Shown: positions 1 through 15,118 of the stretch, one piece after another
Numbering within the stretch: the first letter of the stretch is position 1
Layout: every line of letters begins with the position of its first letter
Assembly (NCBI GenBank): GCA_964019425.1
Contig: OZ025800.1
Coordinates: forward strand, 1,116,001-1,180,000
Source of the DNA: Flectonema sp. DT1601
Taxonomy: Eukaryota
DNA length: 64,000 nt
Direction: 5' to 3'
Notes under the pieces: generated by a model
What the model was told of the DNA's origin: nothing
The model's input: only the letters and a program-made list of their open reading frames with translations
The model's database searches: none
Made by a program: the position numbers and the translations under genes

Positions 1-3000
1 CAGCTTGGCGGCCATACATCACCTCGAGAGTCAACCGATAAGAATGACTCAGGAAATGGATTGCAATCACGTATTGATGCACTCACTTCTTCTTGTGATG
101 AGAAGGACCGTAAAGGTATGTATTCTGTTGTGGTGGTAGTCTTTTAGTTTATCTTCCTCTTTGCGAAAATGGATAAAACAACAAAACAACACGACAGTCA
201 AACTGTACGGAGATCGTATCCGTGACCTCGAAAAGAAACTAGCACTACTTGTCATTGGAGAAGGAGATGAAGTTGGTGTTGAAGAGAAAAGTTCATCAAT
301 TGAAAGTGTGGTAACAAGTATTCAATCTCAAGCAGAAGTTTATAAAGCAAAGTTTGAAGAACAACAGGTCAAATCGAGAGAACATGAAGAGAAATTAGAA
401 TTACTAATTAACGAACTTAACAGAGCAAAGGCTGAGAATGGTTTAGTGTTGTCAGCTTTGAAGAATGATCACGACATGGATATGAGTAGATTGTCATGTT
501 TAAGTGATGCAGCATTGCAACAGTTGACTGATCTTACTGGAAAACAACACTCAGCAATACGTGATAAACTTCTATTAGAAGAGACAACAATAAGAAGTAC
601 TATTGAAAGTGATTATAATAATCTACTCGTTGATCTCTTGGTTCTCAATCTTCATTTAGTAAGAGAGTCAATGGTGTCAATAAGTAGCCTCATTATCTCA
701 GTATCTGGTAACACCAATCTCTCAATAGCAGACCACATCTCTTCATCAAACTTCGTAAAAGAAACTTCAAATTTGTTCAACAATGAAACCCTTTGTAGGT
801 TTGATATTTATAGTTGTTTTGAAGATAATTTTATTTCATTTACTGTGGCATTTAATGCTGGAGTGGTTGAGAAATATCAATCAGTTTGGGGACAGTTAGG
901 TTCGATAATGAATAGTTTTGGTCCATCAAGCCCAAGCAGAGACCCAGCTACTCACGTTAAGAATAAAGCAGATGAATATGCGCAGGCTCTCTCTGATATC
1001 AATGCGGTGTTGGATTGTAGTGAGATGGAAGCTGCTCCATTTGAAATTTCAAAAAATGCGATTTTACAAATAACAAGACAGCGAGAAGACTCAAACTTAG
1101 CATTAAGAAAAACTATGGAGATTGTCAAGAAGGTCTACACCGCTAATGAGGAAGAAACTCCGGTATTGCAACAGGTTGTCACTGAACTTGGTCACAACAT
1201 ATCAAATATTAAAGATGAATTATTATTATTATCAGGAAGTAGTGAAGAAAGTATAAACGACCTTTCGATTTCAGAATTGGTGTCACTCATAAAACAAAAC
1301 ACGGGAAGACTTCAGACATCTCTCACAACAGAAATAACAAGTCTCGCATCAACTGTTAGCTCAGCTACATCAAAGTTATCCATTCACTGTGGTGATAATT
1401 TATTAAATATTTCGGAGCTGGCTGCTGTTGTTAGTGACAAACTTACTACTTTACAGCAACAGAATGAGACCGCTACTACAAAATTACAACAGCACTGTGA
1501 CGACGATCACCTCCAACAGGGTTTGGAAAAACTGACTGATGTAGTTTGTGATAGGCTTCGTCTTTTAGAAAATCAAAGCCAGCAATCAGGTCAGATATTA
1601 TCCCCGTTTGTTGTTGATGGAAGTGAGAGTCTGCCAGAAATAGCAACGTCTGTTGTTGGCGTAATCACTGATGCTGTTAATAAATTAACTCCACTTTGTG
1701 ATGAAAGTTGTAAATCAACTTTAGGAGATCTGTCGACGGCTGTCGTTACCGACAATGAAAATATTAAAAAATTACTACTTCAGATCAACGGAGAGGATTC
1801 TTTACTGGCTGTTGAAAGTTTTGTTAACGATTTCTTGAAATCAAAAGATATCCTGTCGAAGTACTCTACTCCTTCAACAAACACTCTAACAGACTTATCT
1901 GAAACTGTCTCTCAACAGATTGATGTTGGAAGTGATTTACAGAAATTAATTAAAGATAAATTATTTCCATTCTTCACATCATCCAACAACGAAATTGATA
2001 TTGTCAACCTGACTGCTGATAGACTTCAGTTAGTCGTAGATGCGATGAATCAACTTGTGCTGTTTGATGATACTTTTGAGAATTCAACTGTCGCTGTTGC
2101 GATTGAAAAACTAATTGATTTACTACAAAGTGAAACAACTATCAGAGAGGTTCTATCAAACACAATCAGAGATGACTCAGCAGACATTGCACAGTTAGTT
2201 AGTACCACAACAAACCATTTACATGAACTAAACGAATTCACTGATCAAATAAAAAGTACAGTCCAGACTGAAACCTTAGAAGACAGCATCAACAAGGTCA
2301 ATGAATTAGAATCAATCATATCGAAGGTCAAAGAGTTAACTAAACAAGATGATCCTAATACAGCAATGAAACACCTCGTTATGTTAACTGATGTGAATTC
2401 AAAAGCATCAATCGCATTAAACAGCACCCCCACTGAGTTATCACAAGCAGCATCTACTGCTGGAGATATCTTACAGTTGTTGGAAGAAACTTTTGCAAAG
2501 GGGGAGCCTTCGTTGAATGCGAAAGCTCTGTCTGATCTGATTAAGAGTTGCAGTGATTGCTTATGTTGTTCTGTACCTGATATCGCTGACACAGCTGCTG
2601 CTACGTGTGAAAAGCTAAAACAGATTACTTCATTACTGAGAGGGGTTCCTGGAGATGATCCAATTAAGTTATGCTCTCAGTTGGTTCAGAAGTTTGAGGA
2701 AACTACAGCTTCGAATAAAACATCATCAGCAACCTTCACAGAAGAGATCTCATCAACAAAACAACAGTGCGCTGACTTGCAAAGTGTTGTAACAGTCGTA
2801 CATGAGATGTTGGCTGCTAAGGTGCTTCCTGAGTATAAAAATTCTGATTTAGAAAGTGTTGCTTCTCAGTTCTGTTTAGACTTCACAAACCTATCTGATG
2901 AGATGACAGCAGCAAAGCAGAAACTTCAAACCGTCGTAAAGTCTGATAGTAGTGACCTGCAAGTGTTAATATCTAAAGCTGATCAGAGAATTCAATTTCT

Positions 3001-6000
3001 TGAAAACGAAAATGATTCTGCTGCGACAATCTTAAAAGATCAATCTACTCCAACCTCACAATCAACACTTCCTGATATGGTTAAAACAGTTGTTGATCAA
3101 CAACTGTCTACAATGGAGTTGTTACTTAGCGCTGGGTTTACTGAACCACTTATGACAGACAGAACTCGTAACGCAATCGATAAGTTGACTTCGATGGAAG
3201 CAAATATTTCAACTGCTGATGATGAACAACAACGTGTAATGAAATTACTATCCACATCAGGTTTACCTAAACAAGATTCAACAGAAGCAATGATCGAATC
3301 AGTTGTTGGAGAACTGTTAAAGTCAAGGAGCGAAACGACTTCAGCTTTGAGTATTTTGGATACTATTACTCAAGACGGAGTTGGGATTGTTGAGAAAGCA
3401 ACCAACGCAGCCGCTACTTGCGATCAAACTAGTCGAAGGAATTCCGAAGCAACGGAACTTGCAAACAACACAAACGAAGATCTCTCAAAAAAGAATCAAC
3501 AACTGCTATTAGAGAGAAAGACTGCAACAGTTACTTTAATGCAGGGATTACAACTAAGTCAGACTGAGCAATCACTGGTACAATTAGCTTCTGAATGTTC
3601 CACACAGATGTCAACAATGATGGATACTCAACAAGCTGTAGCAATGAAGTTAGCTGGTGACTTGAAGGGTTTGGGACTGGAACCAGAACAAGATGACGGT
3701 AGAAATTTAAAAACCTTATCAGAAGATGTATCTAAGTTATTACACACCCTCCACAGACAACATGAATTCACAAAAGATAAGCTTCGATTACTTGGTGGTG
3801 ACGCAGATGATTCTGATTTCAGTAAGTTCGCTGAGGATACCACAATGCAAATGCAAAAGTTAAAATGCGATACTGAGACTTGTATTTTGAAACTATCAGC
3901 TGTGCTACCGTCACAAGAGAATTCTGAACCAACTTTAACGTCGTTAACAGATGTACTGATTGGCCAATATAATCAACTTGTGTCACAACATGCTGCTGCG
4001 TGTTCAGCTCTAACCTCAACGCTGTCAACTATCGGAGGAGAGGAAATCAATTATGAAAATGATCAAACAGGAACCTTACCGTTAATAGTTGAGGCTGTTC
4101 AAAAACATCTTCACACTCTCAGTAATGATATTCGAAATGGATGTTCTGTTTTAGAGTCAAGTCTGACTGCTGTGAATACAACAGTCGAATCTAATTCATT
4201 AAAAGATGTTTGTGGATTGATTCAAGTAACGCTTCGATCATATCACACGAATACTAATATAGCGATTGATTGCCTTCGTGGTATTATTACTAAGACTTCA
4301 GGTAGTATGTTAGACAGTAATGATATTAATGTACTGTCGGAAACTGCTACCAAATCTGTTCAGCAAATTGTATTAAATTCCGCTACTGCTGTGGCAGTGC
4401 TCCAACCTGCACTGGCACCGTTAGAAGGAAATGTTGCTGACTTTAGTCTTGTTGAGAGTTCTGAAGCTGCTCAGAGGAATCTTCAAAAGTTTCATCTTGA
4501 AGGTACGACAGTAACAACACTCTTAAGATCGATATTATCTGTAGTCGGTGTTCAGGGTGTTGGTGAGGAGTTAAGTGTTGTCGAATTATCAGAAATGATT
4601 CAAAGACAAACTCAGAAATCTCACAACGAACTTATCTCAGTCAACACCTCTCTGAAATCAATGGCTGAAGTACTGAATGTTACTTCTGAGACTCCAATTG
4701 AATTAGTTGAACTTATTTATGTTGGAGTGCAGAAACTTCATTCTGAAAACCATTCTGCTACAGCACTGCTACGTGATGCTGTAGTTTCTACTGCAGACAG
4801 TCGTCTGTTGGAGTTAGTCGACACAGTTTTGTTAGAATTGCAAAAGTCATCTCTCGAATTGACAAACATGACATCAACATTAAAAAGTATTCTTCCAAGT
4901 GATAGTGATTCTACTCCTTCTGAGTTGGCTGAACTTATCTCCGCGTCACTACAAAAATCTCAAGACGACGTCGCTGCTGTTGTCTCGGCTATAAAAATGT
5001 CAACAAAAGATAACGAACTCAACACATCCAACTTGAATGTGAATCAGTTAGTTGATCGTTTATTAGCAGAACTGGAGAAGCTACAAACTCAAAGTGGGAT
5101 CATTAGCAATACTATTATAGATCTTGGTATTGAATATGATGATAATGTTAGTCCTACTCAAGCTTTGTGTACTTGGATCAAAAAGTACAAGGCTACTATG
5201 GATGCGGCGAAAAGTCAATTATTTGAGTTCTCCTTCTCTGGCGAAGATTCCGACGTGTCTGCTGCTGTTGCTGCGATTAGGGATGAGGTGACAACCTCTC
5301 GAGACTTTATAATCAAATGTAAGTCATCGTTTCCAGATGATGAAAATGTTTTGGATGCCATCGCAGTCTTACAACAAGATTTCACTTCATTAAATACAAT
5401 GTTGGGTGGCGGCAGTGAACTTCCTGGTACTTTAGAAAAGGTAACTTCTGATATCCTCTCTCTTTACCCAACTGATGATACTACCAATCAATCACTCCTC
5501 CCTCTCTGTGAATTAATGATAGCTGACTATGAGAATGTTAAGAAACTTATTGATGATGAAACGTCAACTGGTTTATTGGCTGATAAACTCTCATTAGCAA
5601 TAAACAGAATCGGTCATTCAGAAGATTGCAGTCCAACACTTTCCAACACAATAACACAAAGTCTAAAGTTATTGAGTGATAGTGATAATGAAACACTTTA
5701 CAAACAATTAAAGACTTTGATTGACGACAACGATACTTTATCCAACTTGGTTGGTGGGACTGCATCAACGACAGATGAGATTCAAAAGTGTAAAAGAGGA
5801 TTAGAAAGTTTACATCGTGGTGATGATGAGACAATGACCATTTCTGAACTTATTAACAAACTGATGTTAGACAATCAACGTCAAAGTGAATCTGACGATA
5901 ACATTACCGCCCTCCATGAGGAGTGTCAACAGCAATTATTAAAAATAACTTCTGGAGATTCAGACTCACCGATCCTGACACTCTCCAAGCAGGTAGTCGT

Positions 6001-9000
6001 TGAGACGCAGAAAAATAAATTGATTCTTCATTCTGACGCAGACATTGACATCAATAGGGTTCTACTTTCTATCAAAGAACAGCTTCTTTCTATCCTCCCA
6101 GAATCCGCTACTGACGTATCATCCTTGTCAGATATTACTGCTTCCGTTCAAAAGCATGTTTCTGCGATCAGTTCGATTCTCGGTGATGGAATTTCTCACG
6201 AAGAGCTTTCAATGAGTTTTGATGAATTGGCACAAGTAGTAAACAGTACGGAGTGTAAAACACTTCCAGAATTGATGATGTTCGCGGGGGATTACATCAG
6301 AAGTATCCGCAGTGAGATTGGTTGCACGGAGTTGTCAGAGATAATAGATTGCAAGTCTTCTTTACAATTATTATTACCTTCAGATGATGAGAATACGAAA
6401 TCACTTTTAGAAGTCGCATCCAATGTTAAAGATCAATGGAATGATCTGATCGGTGAAGGAAACACTTCTGAAATGATCAAATGCAAGAACGATCTCTCCA
6501 ACAGGAGTAAACCTAACACATCATTACCTAACATGGTAATAACCTTATTAGATGAAGCAGCTGATCTTGAAAAGTGTGCAGGAGGTACACTATCTTCACT
6601 CACTGAAACAAAACATCAAATATCTGAAGTACTTTCAGTGACAGAAGAGATGACTTTGGTTGAAATGTTGTCGGCGGCAGCTGCTGAAATTAAAAAATTA
6701 AATACGGAAATTGGATGTGAAAATTCATCAGAAATATCGGAGTACAAAAAGCAACTAATTCAAATCACGGAATGTGAACAAGATAACAGTCTGTTAGAGA
6801 TTGTTTCATTATTATCAAATGACGTCACAGCTGCTAGAGATGTTCTCTTAGCAAATAGTGGAGAGACATTATTACAAGCAGCAGAGGATGTCGTTAACTC
6901 TCAGATGATGGCTTTACATATTCTAACAGGATCTGAATCTCGTACTGATGATCTTTGTGAAGCAGCCATCGCAATAAAAGCAACTCTACTCGAAACAATC
7001 CCCACTCGTGATGATAGTGTTCCTGTAAAAGAACTTGTTGATGAGGTCTACACGGAAATAACTTCTTCAAAGGAGACTCTTCGCTTAGCACTAAATGAAA
7101 CTGAGGTAGACGTTGGAGGATTTAGTCCACAACAAGTATCAATTGAGACGTGTGTTTCTGACTTATCTAGAAAAACTGTTTCAGTATTAACTGCTGAAGT
7201 AAGAGTCGTTAGATCTGAAGTATCAAATTTGCATCAACAACTTGATGAGCTGCAAGAAGTCCACGAAGCTAAAGAAAGACTTTTATCGATTCAGTTGGGT
7301 GGTGAGAATGATGGTCTTTCTGATCAACTGACAGACCAACTTCGTGAAAATCAAGATTTACAAAAACAACTTTTAGTCTCTCTAGGAGATCAACAATTAC
7401 TATCAGATCAACTTAGCGCTGCTAAAGAAAAGATAAAACAGATTGAGAACGACCTTCAAAGTAACGATGATAGATTCGCTGTAGTTCAGGGAGCCTTCAC
7501 TGCATCTCAACAAACCTTAATTGATAAAGTGAATGAACTGCAAACAGAACTCTCTAAAGCTAAGAGTGAACTCGATGCTTCAGAGAATGAGTCGCAAGAA
7601 AATCTCAGCGAGCTCTCAAAAACTCAAGTGGATTTACTTTCTAAGAAACAGCTTTATGAATCTTTAAGAAGTGAACTCGACTGTACCAACACGGAGTTAT
7701 CATCGACACGTGAGGAGTTGAAGGAATTCAAACAAAAGTCTGCGAACACCAGAAATGAACTTCTCAATGAAATCGAATCAATAAATCAAGAAAAAGAATC
7801 ATCACTACAATTACTTGTAGATCGTCTTCAATCAGGTATGTGTTCCTTCACTTTGTTTTCTTTGTTTTATTGTAAATAATTAACTCATCACCACACACCA
7901 GGTTCATCAGCACCAGTCAGTAAATCAGGATTCGCTCTTGAGAGACTAACAGAAGCAATTGAACATAATATATCTCAGCACAGTGATGATGAGAATCTTG
8001 AAAGAAGTATTCGATCACAACTTGAGGAAACAATTGAAGAACGAGATTATCTAAAGAAGGAAGTTGAACAGAAACTCATCGATGAACAAACTCTCCGAAG
8101 TGAAAAGGATAAACTTGAAGAAAGTATTCTATCAGAACTGGAGACTACAAAAGGAGAACGAGACGATTTAAAACAACAAATTGAACAACACCAACAAGAT
8201 GAGAAGACTCTTCAAAGTGAGAAAGACAAGCTTGAAGAGAGCATTCTCTCAGAGTTACAAGAAACAAAAGAAGAACGAGACGATTTAAAACAACAAATTG
8301 AACAACACCAACAAGATGAGAAGACTCTTCAAGGTGAGAAAGACAAGCTTGAAGAGAGCATTCTCTCAGAGTTACAAGAAACAAAAGAAGAACGAGACGA
8401 TCTCAGAAGTCAAGTAGAGAATGCTTCAGAAGAATTAGATTCACTCAAAGCTGAGTCGGATAAACTCCGAATTGAACAAGACAAGAGTCACACATCAATG
8501 CAACGATCTCGTGAATTGTTAAAAAACACTTCTGAAGACTTAGAAACTAAATTACAACGAGCTCACGACACCGCCCAACAAAAAGAACAAACAACTGTTC
8601 AACTTCAACAACAAGTAGTTCAGTCTTTAGAAAGTATTTCATCACTGAAAGATGTTAATAACAACTTACAATCTGATTTAGAATCCAGCAGAAGACACAA
8701 CCAGAGTCTTTCAACAGAGCTCTCAGATATTAAATCAACTGCTATGAAACAGAGTGAAGAATTATCAATTCAACTCAGTAGATCTACTTCATTAGAAAAA
8801 CAACTTTTTGTAGAGAAATCATCTCTCACAGAAATAGAATTACAGCATCAGCAGATGTTGAAATCAAATAATGATTATCAAGAAGAAGTTCAACAGCTCT
8901 CAATTATGCAGTCGAAGTTACAAAGAAAACTATCGTCACTTGATCAAGAAGCCAGTAAAGTACCTGAATTAGAATCGACAACAGCTTCTCAAGCAGACCA

Positions 9001-12000
9001 ACTGAAATCTCTTCAAAGAGAGTTGAGTACTTACAAAGAAGACTTAGACTTCGCAGATAGTAAGGTTACGAAATTAAAAAATCTACAGCAGCAAAATACA
9101 TTAATGGAAACTGAGCTTGCTAGCTCAAAGAGAGGTGAGATGTTGGTAACACAGAAAGCGAAGGATTTTGAATCTGAGAATGAGATATTGCGAGAGGATT
9201 TGAAGGTCACGAAGTCGAAAGTTTCTGAAGTTCGTTCAAAGAATCAGGAGTTAGTAATTCAATTATCTGATCTTAAAGAAAGAGTCGCTCCTGATGACTT
9301 TGATATGAAATTAAAATCATTCGAGCGTCGTGCAACCGCTGCCGACGAAGAACTATTATACAGAGACACCACAATCACTCGATTAAAAGGAAGATTACAA
9401 GAACTTGAAGGTGAAGACGTTTCCAAAGCTTCTCACATCGCGAAACTGACCATCGACTGCAATACTCTGGAAGCCAGACTACTTCAGATGCAGGTGTGAA
9501 TTATGAATATTATTGTAATGTTTTATTTTTCTTTATGAGTTAATTAATTCAAACACAAAAACAGGATGAACAAAACCACTCACGTGCTATTGTACCTTTA
9601 GCAATGGGAGATCCAGATTTAGAAATCAAACACGAGAGACTCCAAGCAGAGGTCACAAGAAACGATCAAGAAATTGAAATCCTCCGAACTGAACGTCGCT
9701 CACTCAAAGAACAAGTGAGCAACCTTCAGGACACTCAGATGGAAGCTTCCTTGTTGAAACAGAAACATGCATCTAATCAAGAGCAAATTGCTGGACTTGA
9801 AAACAGTCTTCAGAAATGTGAACAAAGATTACGTTCTAAACATGAAGAAATTACAAATCTTGCGGAGGCTGCTGACGATGAAAAGCGGCAGCGGGTGCAG
9901 GCCGAACGGACTGCGAAGGATTTGGAAACACAAGTTGAAAATATTTCAAATAAATTATCAGCGAAGACTACAGAGTGTGACGATACAGCAGAGGAACTCC
10001 ACCAACAACAAAAACAACAGCAGTCTGCTGAAAGAGAAAAGGAAGTACTCGACGATAAGCTGTCACATGCTCAAGATGACAACAAGAAGAAACAACAGCT
10101 TTTATCTGAACAAAACCAGACACTTGAAGAGAGTCAATCTGAGATTACTAAACTTCAATATTTAATTAAAGAATTGAAAGAAGAGAAAGACTCGAATACT
10201 CAGAAGACACATCAATTGCAACACCAATTAGAATCTTCTACACTCACTTGTGAATCGGCTGAGAAGAAATGCAAAGAACTCACATCACAGTTAGAAGCTC
10301 ACGAAGAAGTTGAGAAGAAGCTTACTCAGGGAGCTAATGAAGTAGTCGAAGAAAGAGACTCAGCCGTGAGAAAGTCGCAACACTACCAACAGCAACTCGA
10401 AGCTACTTCTCTGGATCAGGAATCAGCTCAGAAGAAGTGTAAAGAATTGATCAGCCAGTTGGAAACTTCTGAGGAGAACATTCAGAAATTAAATCAACGG
10501 ATCAACGAAACTACTGAAGAACGAGACTCTGCTATCAGAAAGTTACATCATCATCAACAGCAACTCGAAGCTACTTCACTCGATCAGGAGTCAGCTCAGA
10601 AGAAGTGCAAAGAGCTGCTGAGTCAGTTGGAAGCATCTGAAGAAAAGATTCAAAAACTAAATCAAAAGAACAACAACTTCTCCACAGAACTGGACTCCAC
10701 TCTCCGTAAGCTTCAGGAAGCATCAGCGGGAGAAGAACAGGCTCAGAAGAAATGCAAAGAAATACAAAGTCAGTTGCAGGCTTCCGAAGAAAACCTTCAA
10801 AAACAAAGTCACAAAAACAACGATGTCGCTGCAGAACGAGACGCCGCTATTCGCAAGCTTCAGGAAGCATCAGCGGGAGAAGAGTCAGCTCAGAAGAAAT
10901 GCAAGGAACTACTTACTCAGATTTCAACCACTGATGATAGTATACAAAAACTCAGCCAAAAGAATAACGAACTTACTGCAGAGAAGGATTCTACTCTCCG
11001 TAAGCTTCAGGATGCGTTGTTGGGAGAAGAGTCAGCAGAGAAGAAATTAAAGGAAGCTCAGACACAACTCCAGTCTACAGAAGACGTCATTAAAAAGGTT
11101 TCTCAAAGTAATTCAGACCTAACGGAACAGCTATCAACAGCAACAGATAAGAATAAACAACTACAGGGTAAAGTGACTGAGGCTGAACACTTATATCAAA
11201 ACACTTCAGGGAGGGAACTTCTACAACAGGAGATCTCACAAGTTACAGAAGAATGTAGAGAATTAGCAAAACAATTACAAGATTCACGAAAACAGATTCA
11301 AACTCTAAATGATGACAAGCAGTCTCTCGAGTTTGAAATACAAAAGTCTCAGAGGGAATTGTCCGCATCAAATCAAAGTACTCTCGATCTGACTCAACAA
11401 CTGACAGCAAGCAAACAACACATTGAAAGTATTCAAAACTCTCTCACAGCTGCTGGTAGTGGTGAGGACTCTCTAAAGAAGGAAATCTCCAGACTCAGCA
11501 ACCTTCTTGAGACTCAAGAAGATGACTACACTCACAAATCAAGCCTTCAAAAGAAAGAAGCCTCACGGTATGTTATCGTTATGGATGAGAGGGTTTTGAT
11601 TTTATTTTATAATTATTTTACAGAAACAAAATTAACCAAATCCCGACAGACTCTCAGAAGAACTGCAGAATACATTATCAGAGCACAGCACTTCACAACA
11701 GAAGTTACAACAACTTCGTCAGCAACACCAACAAGAAGTTAAGGAACTTAGAAAGGAAGCGAGTGATATTTTAATAAAACTCAACGCTCTCAATGTCGAT
11801 AATGCCACGTTGACTAAACAGCTTCAGGTTATTGAAAGTGAGAGTGCGACCTTGAGAGAGAAAGTTCAGAAACAGAAGGACAAATTATTCACAGAACAGG
11901 AAGCCTCTGAAAAACTACAGACTGATTGTCATCACCTTAAGCAGGAGAATAGTGAACTTAAACATCAGTTGCAGACGGCATCTGAAAAAACTGAAATGTT

Positions 12001-14293
12001 ACGATCAGAGATTGCAGCATTCGGTTCCAACACGGAACCCAGCAATTCAGCCAAACGGGAACTTGCAGAGTGCGAAACCAGACTGATCAACATCACATCA
12101 AAATATAGTTCTTGTCAACTGGAGCTCGCAGAGGTACACAAAGAAATTGTAATCGTGAAATGCAAGGCAGCAGAAACCGAAGGGCAACTGGAAGTCTCCG
12201 CTACTAAACTTCTTAAAACATCACAACAACTCGACGACCTCTCTCAAACAAGTGAAAGAGATGCTACGGAAGTACGTCGTCTTCGTTCTGTGGAAGAGGA
12301 GTTGCAAAATATTTCTTCGAAGTTGGAAATTCTGCTTCCAGTAGCTATGTCTAGAGGAGGAGTCTCTCCAATAAGGTTTGTCCACTAATTCGTGTAAGCA
12401 AACTATAATGCTACTGAAATAAAATAATAAAAAAATAAACAGCACAAACAGCTCCAACATCGATTTCCGTGACGACGACATCAGCAGCAGTTCAATTCCT
12501 CGCAACGGATCAGTTGTATATAAAATATATAAATTTATCAACATGTTGCAGGAGGTATTAGCTGAGGCAGAATCATTCCAAACCTCATCAAGAAAGCTTG
12601 AGACTCAGGCTAATGAATTGCGGACTAAAGTTGAGGTATGATTCTAATTTTTCCCCTTTATTCGAACTTGAAAAGACGATATCAATTTATCCCTAATTAT
12701 TATTTACTTGTACGTATTTGGAATTCCTCGAAGACCATGCAAATGTCTTTTCTCTTTTTATGAAGAAAAACAAAAAACCCCAACAGACTTACCGCGCACA
12801 AGAAAGGCGAGCGATGCGGTTGCTGTCAGAGAATACGGACGAGTCACAAATACCTTCTGGTTGTGTTATTGAGAAGTTGGAAAAGTTATTCGATAATGTT
12901 ATGGCAAAACGTCAGGAGAGTGAGAGTGAGTTAACCATCGTCAGCAGTCACACTATTGAATTAGAAAACACTTGTAATGAATTAACGACAATGAGAAATG
13001 AAGAGACTGGAAGACATCATCTCTCATCCAACTGCGTTGAAGAAATGACAATTATACAACGATCAATGGAGAGTGCGTTGACCAATAGGATTTTATACCT
13101 TGAGAGGATCCTCACTTCTACTGTTTCGGAATTACAAAAACAATCAGCTCTGATGGAAAAGAGTGGATCTGAGACTCCAAAAACAACAACCCAAGTATTA
13201 AAACTAACACCAAGTACACAAAGAAGTACTCCATGGTTATTAAAAGGATGGGGTGATGTATCAACTCATGTAAGATCACCACGTGGATTTGGTGATTGCA
13301 CAGGTGATGACATGTTTAATTGTATTGCAGAAGACGTTGCTGCACTCTGCACAGCCTACAACAAAGCTATTGATCAGGTCCCAGCTAATGAACAATACCA
13401 AGAGATGTTATCGAGGTATGAAGTAGAAGTTGCTTGCAAAGATCAAGAAATTCAACGAATCACAAGAGAGTCAATCAGTAGAGCAAGTAGAGCATCAAGT
13501 GTCGACCCAACATTAGCTGTTCAGTTGAGGGCATCAGAGTCTCGTGTGCAAGAGTTGGAATTTGACGTCAGCGATCTGAAATTACAACTTGACAAAATTA
13601 CCACCAGTCACAGTGATGAAATATCCCAACAGAATATTAAGATTGACCAACTGGAAACTGAGCTAGCAATTACTCGACGTACTGAAGCTGAAACTCAAAG
13701 CACTTTAACGAGTGTCACGCGTCAACTTAATATCGCAGAGGAAGCTTTATCAAAAACTCATTCCTCAGTTGCAAACTCCAAGGCGTCGTCATTTGAAATC
13801 CAACAACTCAAATCAGATGTTGAGCGGTATGTTATTATTGTGATGTTTAAGTTTTAATCACTTGGTGTTTAGGGAAAAAAAAAAAAAAAAAAAAAAAAAC
13901 AGCTACGAAAGCACTATCCGAGACTACGACAGCGTCGCATTACAACTTCGAGTCAGACACGAAGATATGAAGAAGAGGATAACTGAATTAGAGATTCAGG
14001 TAGCAATCAAGGATTCTAAAATACAGCAGCTTACTGAAGACCTGTCGAGGGAAACTGCATCACTTGCGACTCGCTGTTCAGAACTTCGTCAGATAGTTCA
14101 GTTGAAAGTAGCTGAAGATGAGGACACAGTTAGAAAGAATATGTTAGTTGAGGCTCATAACAAACGTGTATTGCAACCTTCTACTGCTGTTCACCCTCCA
14201 AATACATTACCGAGAGGTCCAACACCACCACCTCGGTTGACGTTCCACTCGTTATCAAATGATTATGGATTACCTCATGTGAGTCATCCTTAG
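1..14293 (+). CDS. Giant coiled-coil protein, 5'-partial, >=~4,560 aa, 8 exons in window
   Basis: ORFs 161-7879, 8498-9499, 9604-11742, 11810-12388, 12718-13857 and 13862-14293 join in frame through GT-AG introns 116-197, 7836-7901, 9494-9564, 11568-11649, 12376-12442 (or 12451), 12636-12786 and 13827-13902; I checked the phase at each junction. Heptad-like L/E/Q/S/K-rich sequence; stop TAG at 14293. Confidence 0.85.
8020..8402 (+). repeat. Coding tandem repeat, 117 bp (39 aa), ~3 copies
   Basis: GAAAGACAAGCTTGAAGAGAGCATTCTCTCAGAG recurs at 8221 and 8338, with a diverged copy near 8100. Confidence 0.85.
10200..11060 (+). repeat. Degenerate coding repeats (~56-61 aa, ESAQKKCKEL motif, ~6 copies)
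   Basis: Recurrent (E/Q)(S/Q)A(Q/E)KK(C/L)KE motif in ORF 9604-11742. Confidence 0.75.
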
Positions 14294-15118
14294 TGAGGAT
14301 GGCTTCTATCCTTCTTTTGTTAGAAAGATTCCATAGATTTATTTTTTTTTAATCTCCCTCCCCCTCTCTCACCTACGATGGTAACAAAACACAGACCTAT
14401 TCCACACAAAACATACATCTCTTTTCCCCTTCTTTTCCCTTTGTTTTTTTTTCCCCCTTCTAATTAAATAATTCCCAAGTAACTTTCTGTGAAGTGGTCG
14501 ATCCACTGCATGTGTAGAACGGGGTTAGATTACCGACTAATAAAGAGAATAGAAAAAAACGCACAATTCTTTTTTAGAAAAGGCAATAAATGATGATTTC
14601 TCCTTTATTCCATTTAAATTTTTATTATTATTTTTTTTCTTTGTAAAAGTGCTTATAAAGACAGGTATAGAAGAATCCTTGTTGTTCTGCGTGAGGGAAA
14701 TAATTTTCCTTCCCGCTCTTTGTTTTTTTCTTTCGAAATTTCCATAGATAGTTATTGATAATTAGATTTGATTGTTATTTTAGTGTTTATTTCTTTCCCC
14801 CTTATTCTTTTTTTTCCCCTTTCATTGGTCGATTTTTCTTGGGTGGAGTTGGCTCCCCTTCCTACGGTCTCCTTTTCTGCCTTCGCAGTTACATATGGAG
14901 AGAGAGAGAGTGAGAGAGAGGTTAGAAATAAGAAAAAAAAAATAGATTTAGTGAGCATTTCATTAACGAGATTTAGTTTTGACTTTGAAATTATCTCACA
15001 GTTATTACAACAATATTTGTTTGCTGTTTTTAGAAATGAAAACAGTGGCGGTCTCGTCAACCAATACTACCGCAGTAAAATTTCAGATAAAAAATCTTCT
15101 CCAAAACAGCATTTTAAT

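Noticed and set aside
14768..15118. N-terminal extension of the STI1 ORF (similarly 50558-50622 for VCP, 25217-25264 for the reductase and 161-197)
   Set aside because: Low-complexity intergenic or intronic sequence read through from non-ATG or upstream starts; true starts and exons were identified by homology and splice phase.
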